From positions 1 through 26,162 of the forward strand of contig JAFQPV010000080.1 of NCBI GenBank assembly GCA_017411585.1: a DNA stretch of 26,162 nucleotides, written 5' to 3'. The DNA is from Clostridia bacterium. Lineage in GTDB: Bacteria; Bacillota; Clostridia; UBA1381; UMGS1253. A model generated the notes under the pieces. The model searched no databases, was not told where the DNA came from, and saw only the letters and a list, made by a program, of their open reading frames with translations. This document shows positions 17,014-25,676 of the stretch, in pieces. Made by a program: the position numbers and the translations under genes. Positions within the stretch are counted from its first letter, which is position 1. Each line of letters begins with the position of its first letter.

Positions 17014-18936
17014 ATGGAAGGTTATATTGCAATCGGAACGATTCTAAACGGTCGTTATGAGATAACTGAAAAAATCGGCAGCGGCGGTATGGCACATGTA
17101 TACAAGGCGCATTGTCATGTTTTAAACCGTAATGTTGCTATTAAAGTTTTGCGCGATGAGTATATCGGTGATGAAACATTTTCGCGTCGCTTTATCACGG
17201 AGGCACAAGCCGCCGCAGCATTAAGCCATGGCAATATTATGTCTGTTTTTGACGTTTGCAGTGAGGGAAGACTGCATTATATTGTTATGGAGCTGATTGA
17301 AGGCATTACTTTAAAGGAATATATCGATGCAAACGGTCCGCTGCCGTGGGAGACAGCGGTGAATTTTGAATTGCAGATTTGTGCGGCATTGGAGTGTGCG
17401 CATAAAAACGGTGTAATTCATCAAGATATTAAGCCGCATAATATTCTTCTTACACCGGAAGGTGTGTTGAAGGTAACGGATTTTGGTATTGCGCATGTAG
17501 CGAATGCATCGACGATTGTTGCCGGAGAGGCGGACGGTGTATTCGGTTCGGTGCATTACTGCTCGCCGGAGCAGGCGCGCGGCGGCTATACGGATGCTAA
17601 AACGGATATTTACTCTGCCGGCGTGGTTTTATATGAAATGTTGACCGGACGTGTGCCGTTCGATGCACAGACACCGGTTGCGGTAGCGCTTATGCATATG
17701 CAGGAGGATGCAATTGCACCGACGGTCTTGAATCCGGATATTCCGCGTGATTTAGAAATGGTTGTATGGAATGCGATGCGCCGCGAAAAGCATTACCGTT
17801 ATCCATCAGCAACGGATATGATTCGGGATTTAAATTATGTATTGGAAGGTATTCGTGTATATCCGGTCGGTGCACAGGAAGAAGAGGCGCCGCGCCGCAG
17901 AAAGAGCGCAGACAAGGATAAAAAGAAAAAGAAAAAGCCGGAGGAAAAAGGCGGCAAGGGCGATTTTTGGATTGTGCTGGGTTCTGTTTTTTGCGCATTA
18001 TTGCTCATCGGCGGTGTTTTCGGTTTGTATCTTTCCACAGGTGGTCAGTTTAATGAAGTAAAGGTACCGAAGGTGGTTGAGCTGCCGCGCGACGATGCGG
18101 AAATGCTTTTGGAAGAAAGCAAGCTGAAAATGCAGATTGAAGAAATTGTGTATGACACAAAGTACGAGTCGGGTGTTATTGTAGCACAGGTACCGATTGA
18201 AGGAAAAACCGTACAAAAGGGGTACACCGTTAAAGTTACCATAAGCGGCGGCTCTGAAGCATTAAAGGTGCCGAATGTTGTAAACATGGATGCCCAGGAT
18301 GCAATTGAAGAACTGGAGGAAGCTGGTTTTAAGGTAAATCACCGCTCGCAGTACAGCGCAGATTTGCCGAAGGATGTTGTTGTGCGGCAAACGCCGGCAG
18401 GCGGCAGTGACGGTGTGAAGGGCGATACGGTAATTATTTATGTCAACGACCGCGGTAACGACACGGCTGTACCGAGTGTCATTGGTATGACTACGGCAAG
18501 TGCAAGGGTGCTGCTTGAAGAAAAGGGGTTTGTTATCGGAAACATCAGCGAAGAAAAGTCCGCTGCACCGAGCGGGACGGTCATTCGTCAGGTGCCGGCC
18601 GCTGATGCAGATGCAGCGCCGGGAAGCAGTATTAGTCTTGTGGTTAGTGCCGGTGTGCTTGAAGGTGGGACTACAGCAAATCCACAGACACCGACGGATG
18701 AGAATGCAGTCGTATCCGGCGGGATTGAAACCGGGACAAAAACCGTGACCTTGTCTGTGCCGCAGGAAAAGGCGGAGACACAAATCCGTGTACTGGCAAA
18801 TGGTAAGGAAATCCATAATGCGCTGCACCACAGAAGTGAAGTGAACTTCAATGTTCAGGTGAGCGGTAAGGGAACTGTAGTTTTAGAAATTTTGCATGAC
18901 GGTGCACCGAAGAGTGTAATGAATATTAAAATGTAA
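17014..18936 (+). CDS. pknB: PASTA-domain Ser/Thr protein kinase (PknB/PrkC type), atypical non-RD catalytic loop
   Basis: GSGGMA Gly loop, VAIK, alphaC Glu, HQDIKPHN, DFG, GSVHY.SPEQARG, one TM helix, three PASTA repeats (VPKVV, VPNVV, VPSVI) and a C-terminal beta-rich domain. Confidence 0.95.
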   Translation: MEGYIAIGTILNGRYEITEKIGSGGMAHVYKAHCHVLNRNVAIKVLRDEYIGDETFSRRFITEAQAAAALSHGNIMSVFDVCSEGRLHYIVMELIEGITLKEYIDANGPLPWETAVNFELQICAALECAHKNGVIHQDIKPHNILLTPEGVLKVTDFGIAHVANASTIVAGEADGVFGSVHYCSPEQARGGYTDAKTDIYSAGVVLYEMLTGRVPFDAQTPVAVALMHMQEDAIAPTVLNPDIPRDLEMVVWNAMRREKHYRYPSATDMIRDLNYVLEGIRVYPVGAQEEEAPRRRKSADKDKKKKKKPEEKGGKGDFWIVLGSVFCALLLIGGVFGLYLSTGGQFNEVKVPKVVELPRDDAEMLLEESKLKMQIEEIVYDTKYESGVIVAQVPIEGKTVQKGYTVKVTISGGSEALKVPNVVNMDAQDAIEELEEAGFKVNHRSQYSADLPKDVVVRQTPAGGSDGVKGDTVIIYVNDRGNDTAVPSVIGMTTASARVLLEEKGFVIGNISEEKSAAPSGTVIRQVPAADADAAPGSSISLVVSAGVLEGGTTANPQTPTDENAVVSGGIETGTKTVTLSVPQEKAETQIRVLANGKEIHNALHHRSEVNFNVQVSGKGTVVLEILHDGAPKSVMNIKM

Positions 18937-18958
18937 GTAGAGCTGTGCGGGGGTTCTT

Positions 18959-19825
18959 ATGGCGGATGGCGTAATTGTAAAGGGAATAGGCGGATTTTAT
19001 TATGTGCAGACCCAAGAGGCTGTGGTGGAATGTAAAGCGCGCGGTGTTTTTCGAAAAGAGGGACAAACGCCCGTGGTTGGTGACCGTGTGCGCATTGCAG
19101 AAAAAAACGGCAAGGGCAGCATCGAGGAAATCTATCCGCGTAAGAACATGTTGATTCGTCCGGCAGTTTCGAATATTGATCAGCTGGTGGTTACGGTTGC
19201 ATTGACCGATCCTGCCCCGAATTTGTTTTTGGTGGACTGTTTTTTGCTGCTTGGCGCGTATACCGATATTGATACGGTATTGTGCTTTAATAAAATGGAT
19301 TTAACGCAGGATGTATCGGTGGCAGAAATCTATAAGGCAGCAGGTTATGAAACCATTTTGACCAGTGTGCAAACCGGTGAAGGTGTGGATGCGCTCAAAG
19401 CGCGCCTGCAAAATAAGACGAGTGCATTTGCCGGGAATTCCGGCGTCGGGAAATCGAGTATTTTAAATGCGCTCGGCATTTCAGGTGAGATGGAGACGGG
19501 CAGTATCAGTGATAAAATCAAACGTGGCAGACATACAACGCGCCATGTCGAGCTTTTGCAGCTTGCCGGCGGAGGTTTTGTGTTTGACACACCGGGGTTT
19601 TCGAGCTTCGAAACACCGCAGATTCCGGCAGAGGAGCTTGCGGGCTGTTTTCGCGAGTTCGCACCTTATTTGGATGGGTGTCGTTTTCGCGGATGTGCAC
19701 ACGTGCACGAGCCGGATTGCGCCGTAAAGCAGGCGCTGGCGGACGGAAAAATCTCCGAAAGCCGGTATCAAAGCTATTGTACGCTTTATGAGGAACGCAA
19801 AGCCGTAAAGGCATGGCAAAAATAA
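18959..19825 (+). CDS. rsgA: Ribosome small subunit-dependent GTPase A
   Basis: OB fold, NKMD, GNSGVGKSS, GRHTT, DTPG, C-terminal zinc motif CRFRGCAH..EPDCAV. Confidence 0.97.
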   Translation: MADGVIVKGIGGFYYVQTQEAVVECKARGVFRKEGQTPVVGDRVRIAEKNGKGSIEEIYPRKNMLIRPAVSNIDQLVVTVALTDPAPNLFLVDCFLLLGAYTDIDTVLCFNKMDLTQDVSVAEIYKAAGYETILTSVQTGEGVDALKARLQNKTSAFAGNSGVGKSSILNALGISGEMETGSISDKIKRGRHTTRHVELLQLAGGGFVFDTPGFSSFETPQIPAEELAGCFREFAPYLDGCRFRGCAHVHEPDCAVKQALADGKISESRYQSYCTLYEERKAVKAWQK

Positions 19826-19859
19826 TATATAATTATAGAAGAAACAGGAGTGAAAAATT

Positions 19860-20507
19860 ATGGTAAAAATTGCACCATCAATTCTGGCAGCGGATTTTTC
19901 GCATTTGGGTGAGGATGTGCTTGCTGCGGTGCGCGGCGGCGCGAAGTATATGCATATTGACGTAATGGACGGTGCGTTTGTGCCGAATATGTCCATTGGT
20001 CCGTGTGTAATTCAGAGTCTCAGACCGGTAACGGACGCGGTATTTGACGTACATCTGATGATTGACCGTCCGGAGCGCTACGTAGAAGATTTTGCAAAAG
20101 CCGGCGCAGATATTATTACTGTACATATTGAAGCAACACAGGATTTGGATGCATGCATTGATAAAATCAAGGCACTTGGCGTAAAGGCAGGTGTTTCCAT
20201 TAAGCCGGCGACTCCGGTGGAAGCGATTGCACCATACTTAGATAAGCTGGATATGGTATTGGTCATGTCAGTTGAGCCGGGCTTCGGCGGACAGAAGTAT
20301 ATGCCGAGTGCGGAGGAGAAACTTAGAAAGTTGAAGGCGCTTGCACCGGAAGGTATGGATATCTCCGTGGACGGGGGCATCAATTTGGAAAATATCACTC
20401 GTGTCGTGGAAAACGGCGCAAATACCGTTGTTGCCGGCAGTGCGATTTTCGGTCAGCCGGATATTGAGGCAACGACGAGAAAATTTGTGGAGACGGCAAA
20501 TCAATGA
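19860..20507 (+). CDS. rpe: Ribulose-phosphate 3-epimerase
   Basis: IAPSIL.ADF, HIDVMDG.FVPN, DVHLM, MSVEPGFGGQ, VDGGI. Confidence 0.97.
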   Translation: MVKIAPSILAADFSHLGEDVLAAVRGGAKYMHIDVMDGAFVPNMSIGPCVIQSLRPVTDAVFDVHLMIDRPERYVEDFAKAGADIITVHIEATQDLDACIDKIKALGVKAGVSIKPATPVEAIAPYLDKLDMVLVMSVEPGFGGQKYMPSAEEKLRKLKALAPEGMDISVDGGINLENITRVVENGANTVVAGSAIFGQPDIEATTRKFVETANQ

Positions 20508-21115
20508 AAAAGTGCAACATATTGTGCGGTGGCGTGGTAGAGGATATTGCGCAGACTGCCGCACGTATAGATAAAGAGGCGTATACCATTTGTGCAGACA
20601 GCGGTTATGCTTATGCGGCGAAGCTCGGCTTACGTGCAGATGCTGTATTGGGCGATTTTGATTCCTATGCGCTGGAGCAGGTGCAGGAGAAAAACGTTAC
20701 GGTTTTTCCGGCGCGCAAGGATTACACGGATAGTGAGATTGCTGTTATGTATGCGCTGGAGCAGGGGTATACGGATATAACGCTTATCGGTGCGCTTGGC
20801 GGCAGAATTGACCATGCACTTGGTAATGTGCATTTGCTGCGTTACATTGCACAGGCTGGTGTGCAGGGAAGCATTGTGGACGGCGCAACACAGATGTGGT
20901 ATGAAACGAAAGGGCGATGCGTACAGGGGAAACCGGGAGATATACTTTCGGTCATTCCACTTTCACAAAATGGAAGTTATACAACGCGCGGTTTGGAGTA
21001 TGCATTGACGGCGCAGCCGATGCCTTTAACCGGTATCAGCAACGTATTTACGGCGTATGAAGCAGAAATTACTGCGCAGAATGCAACGTTTTTGCTGATT
21101 CATATAATTCAATAG
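20504..21115 (+). CDS. thiN: Thiamine pyrophosphokinase
   Basis: CADSG, GDFDS, KDYTD.E.A, GGRIDH.LGN, G.SN; ATGA overlap with rpe; synteny. Confidence 0.93.
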   Translation: MKKCNILCGGVVEDIAQTAARIDKEAYTICADSGYAYAAKLGLRADAVLGDFDSYALEQVQEKNVTVFPARKDYTDSEIAVMYALEQGYTDITLIGALGGRIDHALGNVHLLRYIAQAGVQGSIVDGATQMWYETKGRCVQGKPGDILSVIPLSQNGSYTTRGLEYALTAQPMPLTGISNVFTAYEAEITAQNATFLLIHIIQ

Positions 21116-21125
21116 TAGAAAAGGG

Positions 21126-21160
21126 AAAAAGCACCCACAATATTTTGTGGGTGCTTTTTT
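21126..21160 (+). terminator. Intrinsic (likely bidirectional) terminator after thiN
   Basis: AAAAAGCACCCACAA-TATT-TTGTGGGTGCTTTTTT: perfect stem with A and T tails. Confidence 0.93.
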
Positions 21161-21261
21161 GATGCTTTGGGCGAAGTGCACAAAAATAAAAAACTATTTT
21201 GTTCAAAGTAACGAAATTTTCATGAAAATCCGAAAAAACGTAAAAAACCTTTAAAAAACTC

Positions 21262-21290
21262 TTGAAAAAACTGTAATAATCGTGTAAAAT
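21262..21290 (+). promoter_or_regulatory. sigmaA promoter of the dcw cluster (Pmra)
   Basis: TTGAAA (21262-21267), 17 bp spacer, TAAAAT (21285-21290), preceded by phased A-tracts. Confidence 0.78.
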
Positions 21291-21298
21291 TTCATTAC

Positions 21299-21338
21299 AG
21301 GGGTAAAAAGTGTTAAAAAGTGTTTAGAAGTGGAAAGA
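21299..21338 (+). promoter_or_regulatory. MraZ operator: four 10-bp-phased direct repeats
   Basis: AGGGGTAAAA / AGTGTTAAAA / AGTGTTTAGA / AGTGGAAAGA, directly downstream of the -10; similar to the GTGG-type repeats MraZ is known to bind. Confidence 0.75.
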
Positions 21339-21395
21339 AAATGACGCTTTTGTGGTAAAAACACCCGAATTCGGACCGGAAAAGTGGTGAGAGCT

Positions 21396-21836
21396 TTGTT
21401 CATAGGTGAATACAGTCACAATATAGACGCGAAGGGCAGAATGAGTATGCCTTCTAAGTTCCGCCGCGATGAGGCGGGTGAAATCTTTTATGTGACGCGC
21501 GGCACGGAGAAGTGCTTGTTTGTATATTCCCGTGAGGAATGGGCAAAGTTCGAGGAAAAGCTTTCCGCGCTTCCGATTACAACCAACCCGCAAGCAAGTG
21601 CATTTGCCAGATTCTTTCTCTCCGGTGCGGTAGAGTGCGAAGTGGACAAGCTCGGCAGAATCAACATTCCGGCTTACCTTCGCGAATATGCCGGCATCAC
21701 CAAGGATGTAAAGGTTATCGGCGTGCGCAGCCGTGTGGAAATCTGGGATGCAGAACAGTGGAGCCGTTATCAGGCAGAGGCGATTAACCTTGAAAATGTG
21801 ATGGCGAATATGAGCTCCATTGGTATGGATTTCTAA
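21396..21836 (+). CDS. mraZ: Transcriptional regulator MraZ
   Basis: (M)[19 protein letters not shown] and DKLGRINIP (two DxxGR repeats), EIWD. A TTG start at 21396 restores the canonical MFIGEY N-terminus and has GGTGA upstream; GTG 21384 is the alternative. Confidence 0.96.
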   Translation: MFIGEYSHNIDAKGRMSMPSKFRRDEAGEIFYVTRGTEKCLFVYSREEWAKFEEKLSALPITTNPQASAFARFFLSGAVECEVDKLGRINIPAYLREYAGITKDVKVIGVRSRVEIWDAEQWSRYQAEAINLENVMANMSSIGMDF

Positions 21837-21852
21837 TCCGGGTGGTGAGCAA

Positions 21853-22785
21853 ATGAATTTTCATCATGTGCCGGTATTGTTTGAAGAATGCTTAAACGGT
21901 CTTGCAATTCGCGAAAATGGTATCTATGTAGATGGGACACTCGGCGGTGCAGGGCACAGCAGTGCGATTGCACAGAGACTTCGCGGCGGCAGATTGATTG
22001 GTATTGACCGCGATGCAAACGCAATCGAAGCGGCAAGCAAACGCTTAGAACCCTATGCAGACCGTGTGACGATTGTTAAAAATAATTTTTCTAATATAAA
22101 GCAGGTGCTTTCCGACCTGCAGATTGACAAAATAGACGGTGCGCTGTTGGATTTGGGCGTTTCCTCGCATCAGTTAGATGAGCCGGAACGCGGATTTTCC
22201 TATATGCACGATGCACCGCTCGATATGCGCATGGACCGTCAGGCACAAAAAAGCGCATACGACGTCGTAAACGGATACAGCGAAGAAGAGCTTGCGAGAA
22301 TTATCCGCACATACGGCGAAGAAAATTGGGCAAAGCGCATAGCTGCGTTTATTGCAAAGCGACGGGCAATGAACCCGGTCCGTACAACCGGTGAGCTTGT
22401 CGGCATAATAAAGGATGCCATCCCTGCCGGCGCAAGGCAGGAGGGCGGTCATCCGGCGAAACGCACATTTCAGGCGATTCGCATTGAAGTGAACGGCGAA
22501 CTTGAAATATTAAAGGATGCCGTAAACGATTTTACAGAGGTCTTAAAACCGGGCGGAAGGCTGTGTATCATCACCTTCCATTCGTTGGAGGACAGAATCA
22601 TCAAGGACGCTTTTTCGGCTTTGGCACAGGGGTGTACGTGCCCGAGAGAATTTCCGGTTTGCGTCTGTGGTAAACAACCGAAGGTAAAAATCATCACAAG
22701 AAAGCCGATTGTGGCTTCGCAGCAAGAGTTAGACGAAAATACACGCGCAAAAAGTGCAAAGCTGCGCATTGCAGAAGTTTTGTAG
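21853..22785 (+). CDS. rsmH: 16S rRNA m4C1402 methyltransferase (MraW)
   Basis: [64 protein letters not shown] 21853 follows GGTGGTGA. Confidence 0.97.
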   Translation: MNFHHVPVLFEECLNGLAIRENGIYVDGTLGGAGHSSAIAQRLRGGRLIGIDRDANAIEAASKRLEPYADRVTIVKNNFSNIKQVLSDLQIDKIDGALLDLGVSSHQLDEPERGFSYMHDAPLDMRMDRQAQKSAYDVVNGYSEEELARIIRTYGEENWAKRIAAFIAKRRAMNPVRTTGELVGIIKDAIPAGARQEGGHPAKRTFQAIRIEVNGELEILKDAVNDFTEVLKPGGRLCIITFHSLEDRIIKDAFSALAQGCTCPREFPVCVCGKQPKVKIITRKPIVASQQELDENTRAKSAKLRIAEVL

Positions 22786-22812
22786 AGAGGGACAAAACGG
22801 AGGGGAAAAACA

Positions 22813-23295
22813 GTGAGAACAAGTGGTAATTTGGCGCTCAATCCTGCATACAGACCGGCGTATCAGCCGTCGCAGACCAATTTAAGAAAAAAGGCAGATG
22901 TGTCTGCACCGCGCTATGCAAAGGCAAAGAAGAAATCAAACTTGTTTGTTGCATTGGTTTATGTGGCTGTAATCTTTGCGATTGCGCTTTGTTTGGTGAC
23001 CCGTGAGGTGCGTTTGTACGAAAAGAGCAATCAGGTAAACGCACTGCAAAATCAGCTTGAGGATGCAGAGGCTGCGACAAAGCAGGCAATGGTTGCTGCA
23101 GAGCAGGCAATTGACTTAGACACCATCGAGACCAATGCGATGACAAAATACGGTATGAGCAAGCCGCAGCAAAATCAGACAATTTACATCAACGTCCGTC
23201 AGGGTGATTATGTGGAAAAAACAGCGGACAAGCATGTCGGCGAAAATATTTATGATGGTATCAGCGCAGTGTTTGGTATATTTGGAATTCGATAA
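22813..23295 (+). CDS. ftsL: FtsL-like cell division/septum formation protein
   Basis: GTG start after GGAGGGG; N-terminal GNLA, basic patch, single TM helix, coiled coil, A..KYGM.KP; position between rsmH and the class B PBP. Confidence 0.78.
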   Translation: MRTSGNLALNPAYRPAYQPSQTNLRKKADVSAPRYAKAKKKSNLFVALVYVAVIFAIALCLVTREVRLYEKSNQVNALQNQLEDAEAATKQAMVAAEQAIDLDTIETNAMTKYGMSKPQQNQTIYINVRQGDYVEKTADKHVGENIYDGISAVFGIFGIR

Positions 23296-23351
23296 GCTTA
23301 TATATGATAATGGCAAATCAATCTTGATGTTAGCCGCATATTCAGAGATAA

Positions 23352-23401
23352 AAAGGTTAAGGGCGATTTGAAGCAATCAAAGTTCTTAGCCTTTCTTTTT
23401 T
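23352..23401 (+). terminator. Long imperfect hairpin with U-tract between ftsL and spoVD (terminator/attenuator candidate)
   Basis: AAAGGTTAAG-GGC-(GA)-TTTGA-agcaa-TCAAA-GTT-CTTAGCCTTT followed by CTTTTTT; 18 pairs including three G-U. Confidence 0.55.
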
Positions 23402-23434
23402 CATTGTTGGGCGTGTGGGAGGCGCTTAGGTAAG

Positions 23435-25633
23435 ATGGCGAAACGTAAAAAGTTTGGCGTAAAAAACAGAATACTCATTTGCACGCTCATAGCCGCATTG
23501 CTTATGAGCGCGCTTGGCGTTCGTATAGCATGGTTACAGACAGTAGACAGCGAATGGCTTGCAAAGGAAGCAACCTTGCAGCAGACGCGCGATAAGACCA
23601 TTACCTCGCGCCGCGGCACGATTTATGACAGAAACGGCAAGGAGCTTGCGGTCAGTGCGTCGGTTGAGCTTGTCAGCGTGTCGCCGGCACAAATCAAAAA
23701 AGAGGATGGCGCCGAGATTGTTGCACAAAAGCTTGCGGAAATCCTGGATTTGGAGTATGAGGACGTCTATGCAAAGGTAACGAAGAATTCTTCGTATGAA
23801 ACGATAAAGCGCAAGGTGGAAAAAGCGCAGACCGATCAGATTCGTGCGCTCAAAAGTGCGGAGGAAACGGAGGATTACTTCTCCGGCGTGTATTTGGAAG
23901 AGGATACAAAGCGATATTATCCATTTGGTAATTTTGCGTCGCACGTGCTCGGCTTTACGGGAACGGACAATCAGGGACTTTACGGTGTAGAGGCAGCGCT
24001 GGATGACGAACTTTCGGGCGTTGCCGGCAGAATTATTTCGGTAAAAAATGCGGCAGGTACGGATATGCCGTTTAAATACGAGCAAAAATACGATTCGCAG
24101 GACGGTATGAATGTCACCTTAACCATCGATGAAACCATTCAGCATTTTGCGGAAAAATACTTACAGCAGGCAGTGGAAGAAAACAAACCGGCACAGGGTG
24201 CTTTTGCAATTGTGATGGCACCGAAAACGGGTGAAGTCTATGCGATGACCACCAAGCCGGATTATGACTTAAATGAGCCGTTTTTGATTTTGTCTGAGGA
24301 AAATGAAAAGGCGATTGAGGCAGAAACAGATGCGGTAAAGAAAAATGATTTGCGCTCCTCTATACTTGCACAGCAATGGCGCAATAAGGCCGTCAGTGAT
24401 ACGTACGAGCCGGGATCGGTATTTAAAATTCTGACAGCGGCAATGGCGCTTGAGGAAGGTGTGGCAACCATACACGATACGTTTGACTGCCCGGGCTATA
24501 CTATGGTTGGCAGTACACGCATCAACTGCTGGAAAACGCAGGGACACGGACACGAAAACTTTAAAGAAGGTCTGCAAAATTCCTGCAACCCGGTGTTTTT
24601 GGTGTTGGGTAAGCGACTCGGCCGTGAGGCGTTCTTTAAGTATTTTACAAACTTCGGTCTTACACGTCCGACAGGCATTGAACTGGGCAGCGAGGGCGAA
24701 AGTGTTTACTATACAGCAAATTATTTGAATGAAACAGAGCTTGCTACCAGTGCATTCGGACAGAGCTTCCAGGTTACGCCGATGCAGCTGATTACGGCGA
24801 TTTCGGCAATCGTCAACGGCGGTAACTTGATGCGTCCGTACGTTGTGAAATCGTATTCAGACAGCGAGGGCACGGTTGTGAAGTCATTTGAGCCGGAGCT
24901 GATTCGCCAAGTGGTTTCGGAGGAAACCAGTGCAATTATGCGCGACTTTACCGAGGGCGTTGTTGCTCACGGTACTGGTAAAAGTGCACAGATTAAGGGC
25001 TATGCCATCGGCGGTAAAACCGGTACTTCGGAAAAACGTCCGCGTAATGAAAATAAATATGTTGCTTCCTTTATCGGTATGGCGCCGGCAAATGACCCGG
25101 AGCTGATTTGTTTGGTGGCAATTGACGAGCCGACCGGTGAGTTGTATCAGGGTAGCCAGATTGCAGCACCGGTGGTTAGAAACATTTTGGAAGATACGCT
25201 TGCCTATATGGGCATTGAAAAGCATTTTGACGGCACAGAGGATATAAGTCAGCAATCGGTGCCGGAGGTGCGTAATATGAAGGTAATGGAGGCTGCCGAG
25301 GCGGTTACGGCACTTGGTTTTGGCTATAAAGTTATCGGCGAAGGCGAAGTTGTTGATGAGCAGCTGCCGAAGCCGGGCGCAACTCTTGCCAAGGGCTCGA
25401 CGGTGCTTTTGTATACAACCGGCAGTGTGATTGAGCAGGTCACCGTGCCTGACTTTACAGGTCAGACGATGGATAGTGTACGTACGCAGCTGCAGGAGCT
25501 CGGTCTCAATTTAGAGATTTTGGGCTCGACGGATGCGGGCTGTCTTGTCCAAAAGCAGGAGCCTGCGGGCGGCACAAGTGTAAATCCTGCAACGACGGTT
25601 CGTGTAGAGTTTATCTATATGGCGGGCGACTAA
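23435..25633 (+). CDS. spoVD: Class B penicillin-binding protein (SpoVD/FtsI type) with two PASTA domains
   Basis: N-terminal TM helix, RG.IYDRNG, R.YP, G.YGVE dimerisation motifs; SxxK (SVFK), SxN (SCN), KTG; CWK...NSCN cysteines typical of SpoVD; two C-terminal PASTA repeats. Confidence 0.88.
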   Translation: MAKRKKFGVKNRILICTLIAALLMSALGVRIAWLQTVDSEWLAKEATLQQTRDKTITSRRGTIYDRNGKELAVSASVELVSVSPAQIKKEDGAEIVAQKLAEILDLEYEDVYAKVTKNSSYETIKRKVEKAQTDQIRALKSAEETEDYFSGVYLEEDTKRYYPFGNFASHVLGFTGTDNQGLYGVEAALDDELSGVAGRIISVKNAAGTDMPFKYEQKYDSQDGMNVTLTIDETIQHFAEKYLQQAVEENKPAQGAFAIVMAPKTGEVYAMTTKPDYDLNEPFLILSEENEKAIEAETDAVKKNDLRSSILAQQWRNKAVSDTYEPGSVFKILTAAMALEEGVATIHDTFDCPGYTMVGSTRINCWKTQGHGHENFKEGLQNSCNPVFLVLGKRLGREAFFKYFTNFGLTRPTGIELGSEGESVYYTANYLNETELATSAFGQSFQVTPMQLITAISAIVNGGNLMRPYVVKSYSDSEGTVVKSFEPELIRQVVSEETSAIMRDFTEGVVAHGTGKSAQIKGYAIGGKTGTSEKRPRNENKYVASFIGMAPANDPELICLVAIDEPTGELYQGSQIAAPVVRNILEDTLAYMGIEKHFDGTEDISQQSVPEVRNMKVMEAAEAVTALGFGYKVIGEGEVVDEQLPKPGATLAKGSTVLLYTTGSVIEQVTVPDFTGQTMDSVRTQLQELGLNLEILGSTDAGCLVQKQEPAGGTSVNPATTVRVEFIYMAGD

Positions 25634-25676
25634 TTGCAATTAAAAAGATTTGACATAAGAAGGTGTGGTGTAAGAC

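Noticed and set aside
17918-17937. A-rich run in pknB as a -1 frameshift site
   Set aside because: The in-frame heptamers are T/G-AAA-AAG, not A-AAA-AAG, no stimulator is evident and the ORF is intact; it simply encodes poly-Lys.
19805-19833. Internal promoter for rpe-thiN (TATAAT at 19828-19833)
   Set aside because: No usable -35 or extended -10 TG; possible but unsupported.
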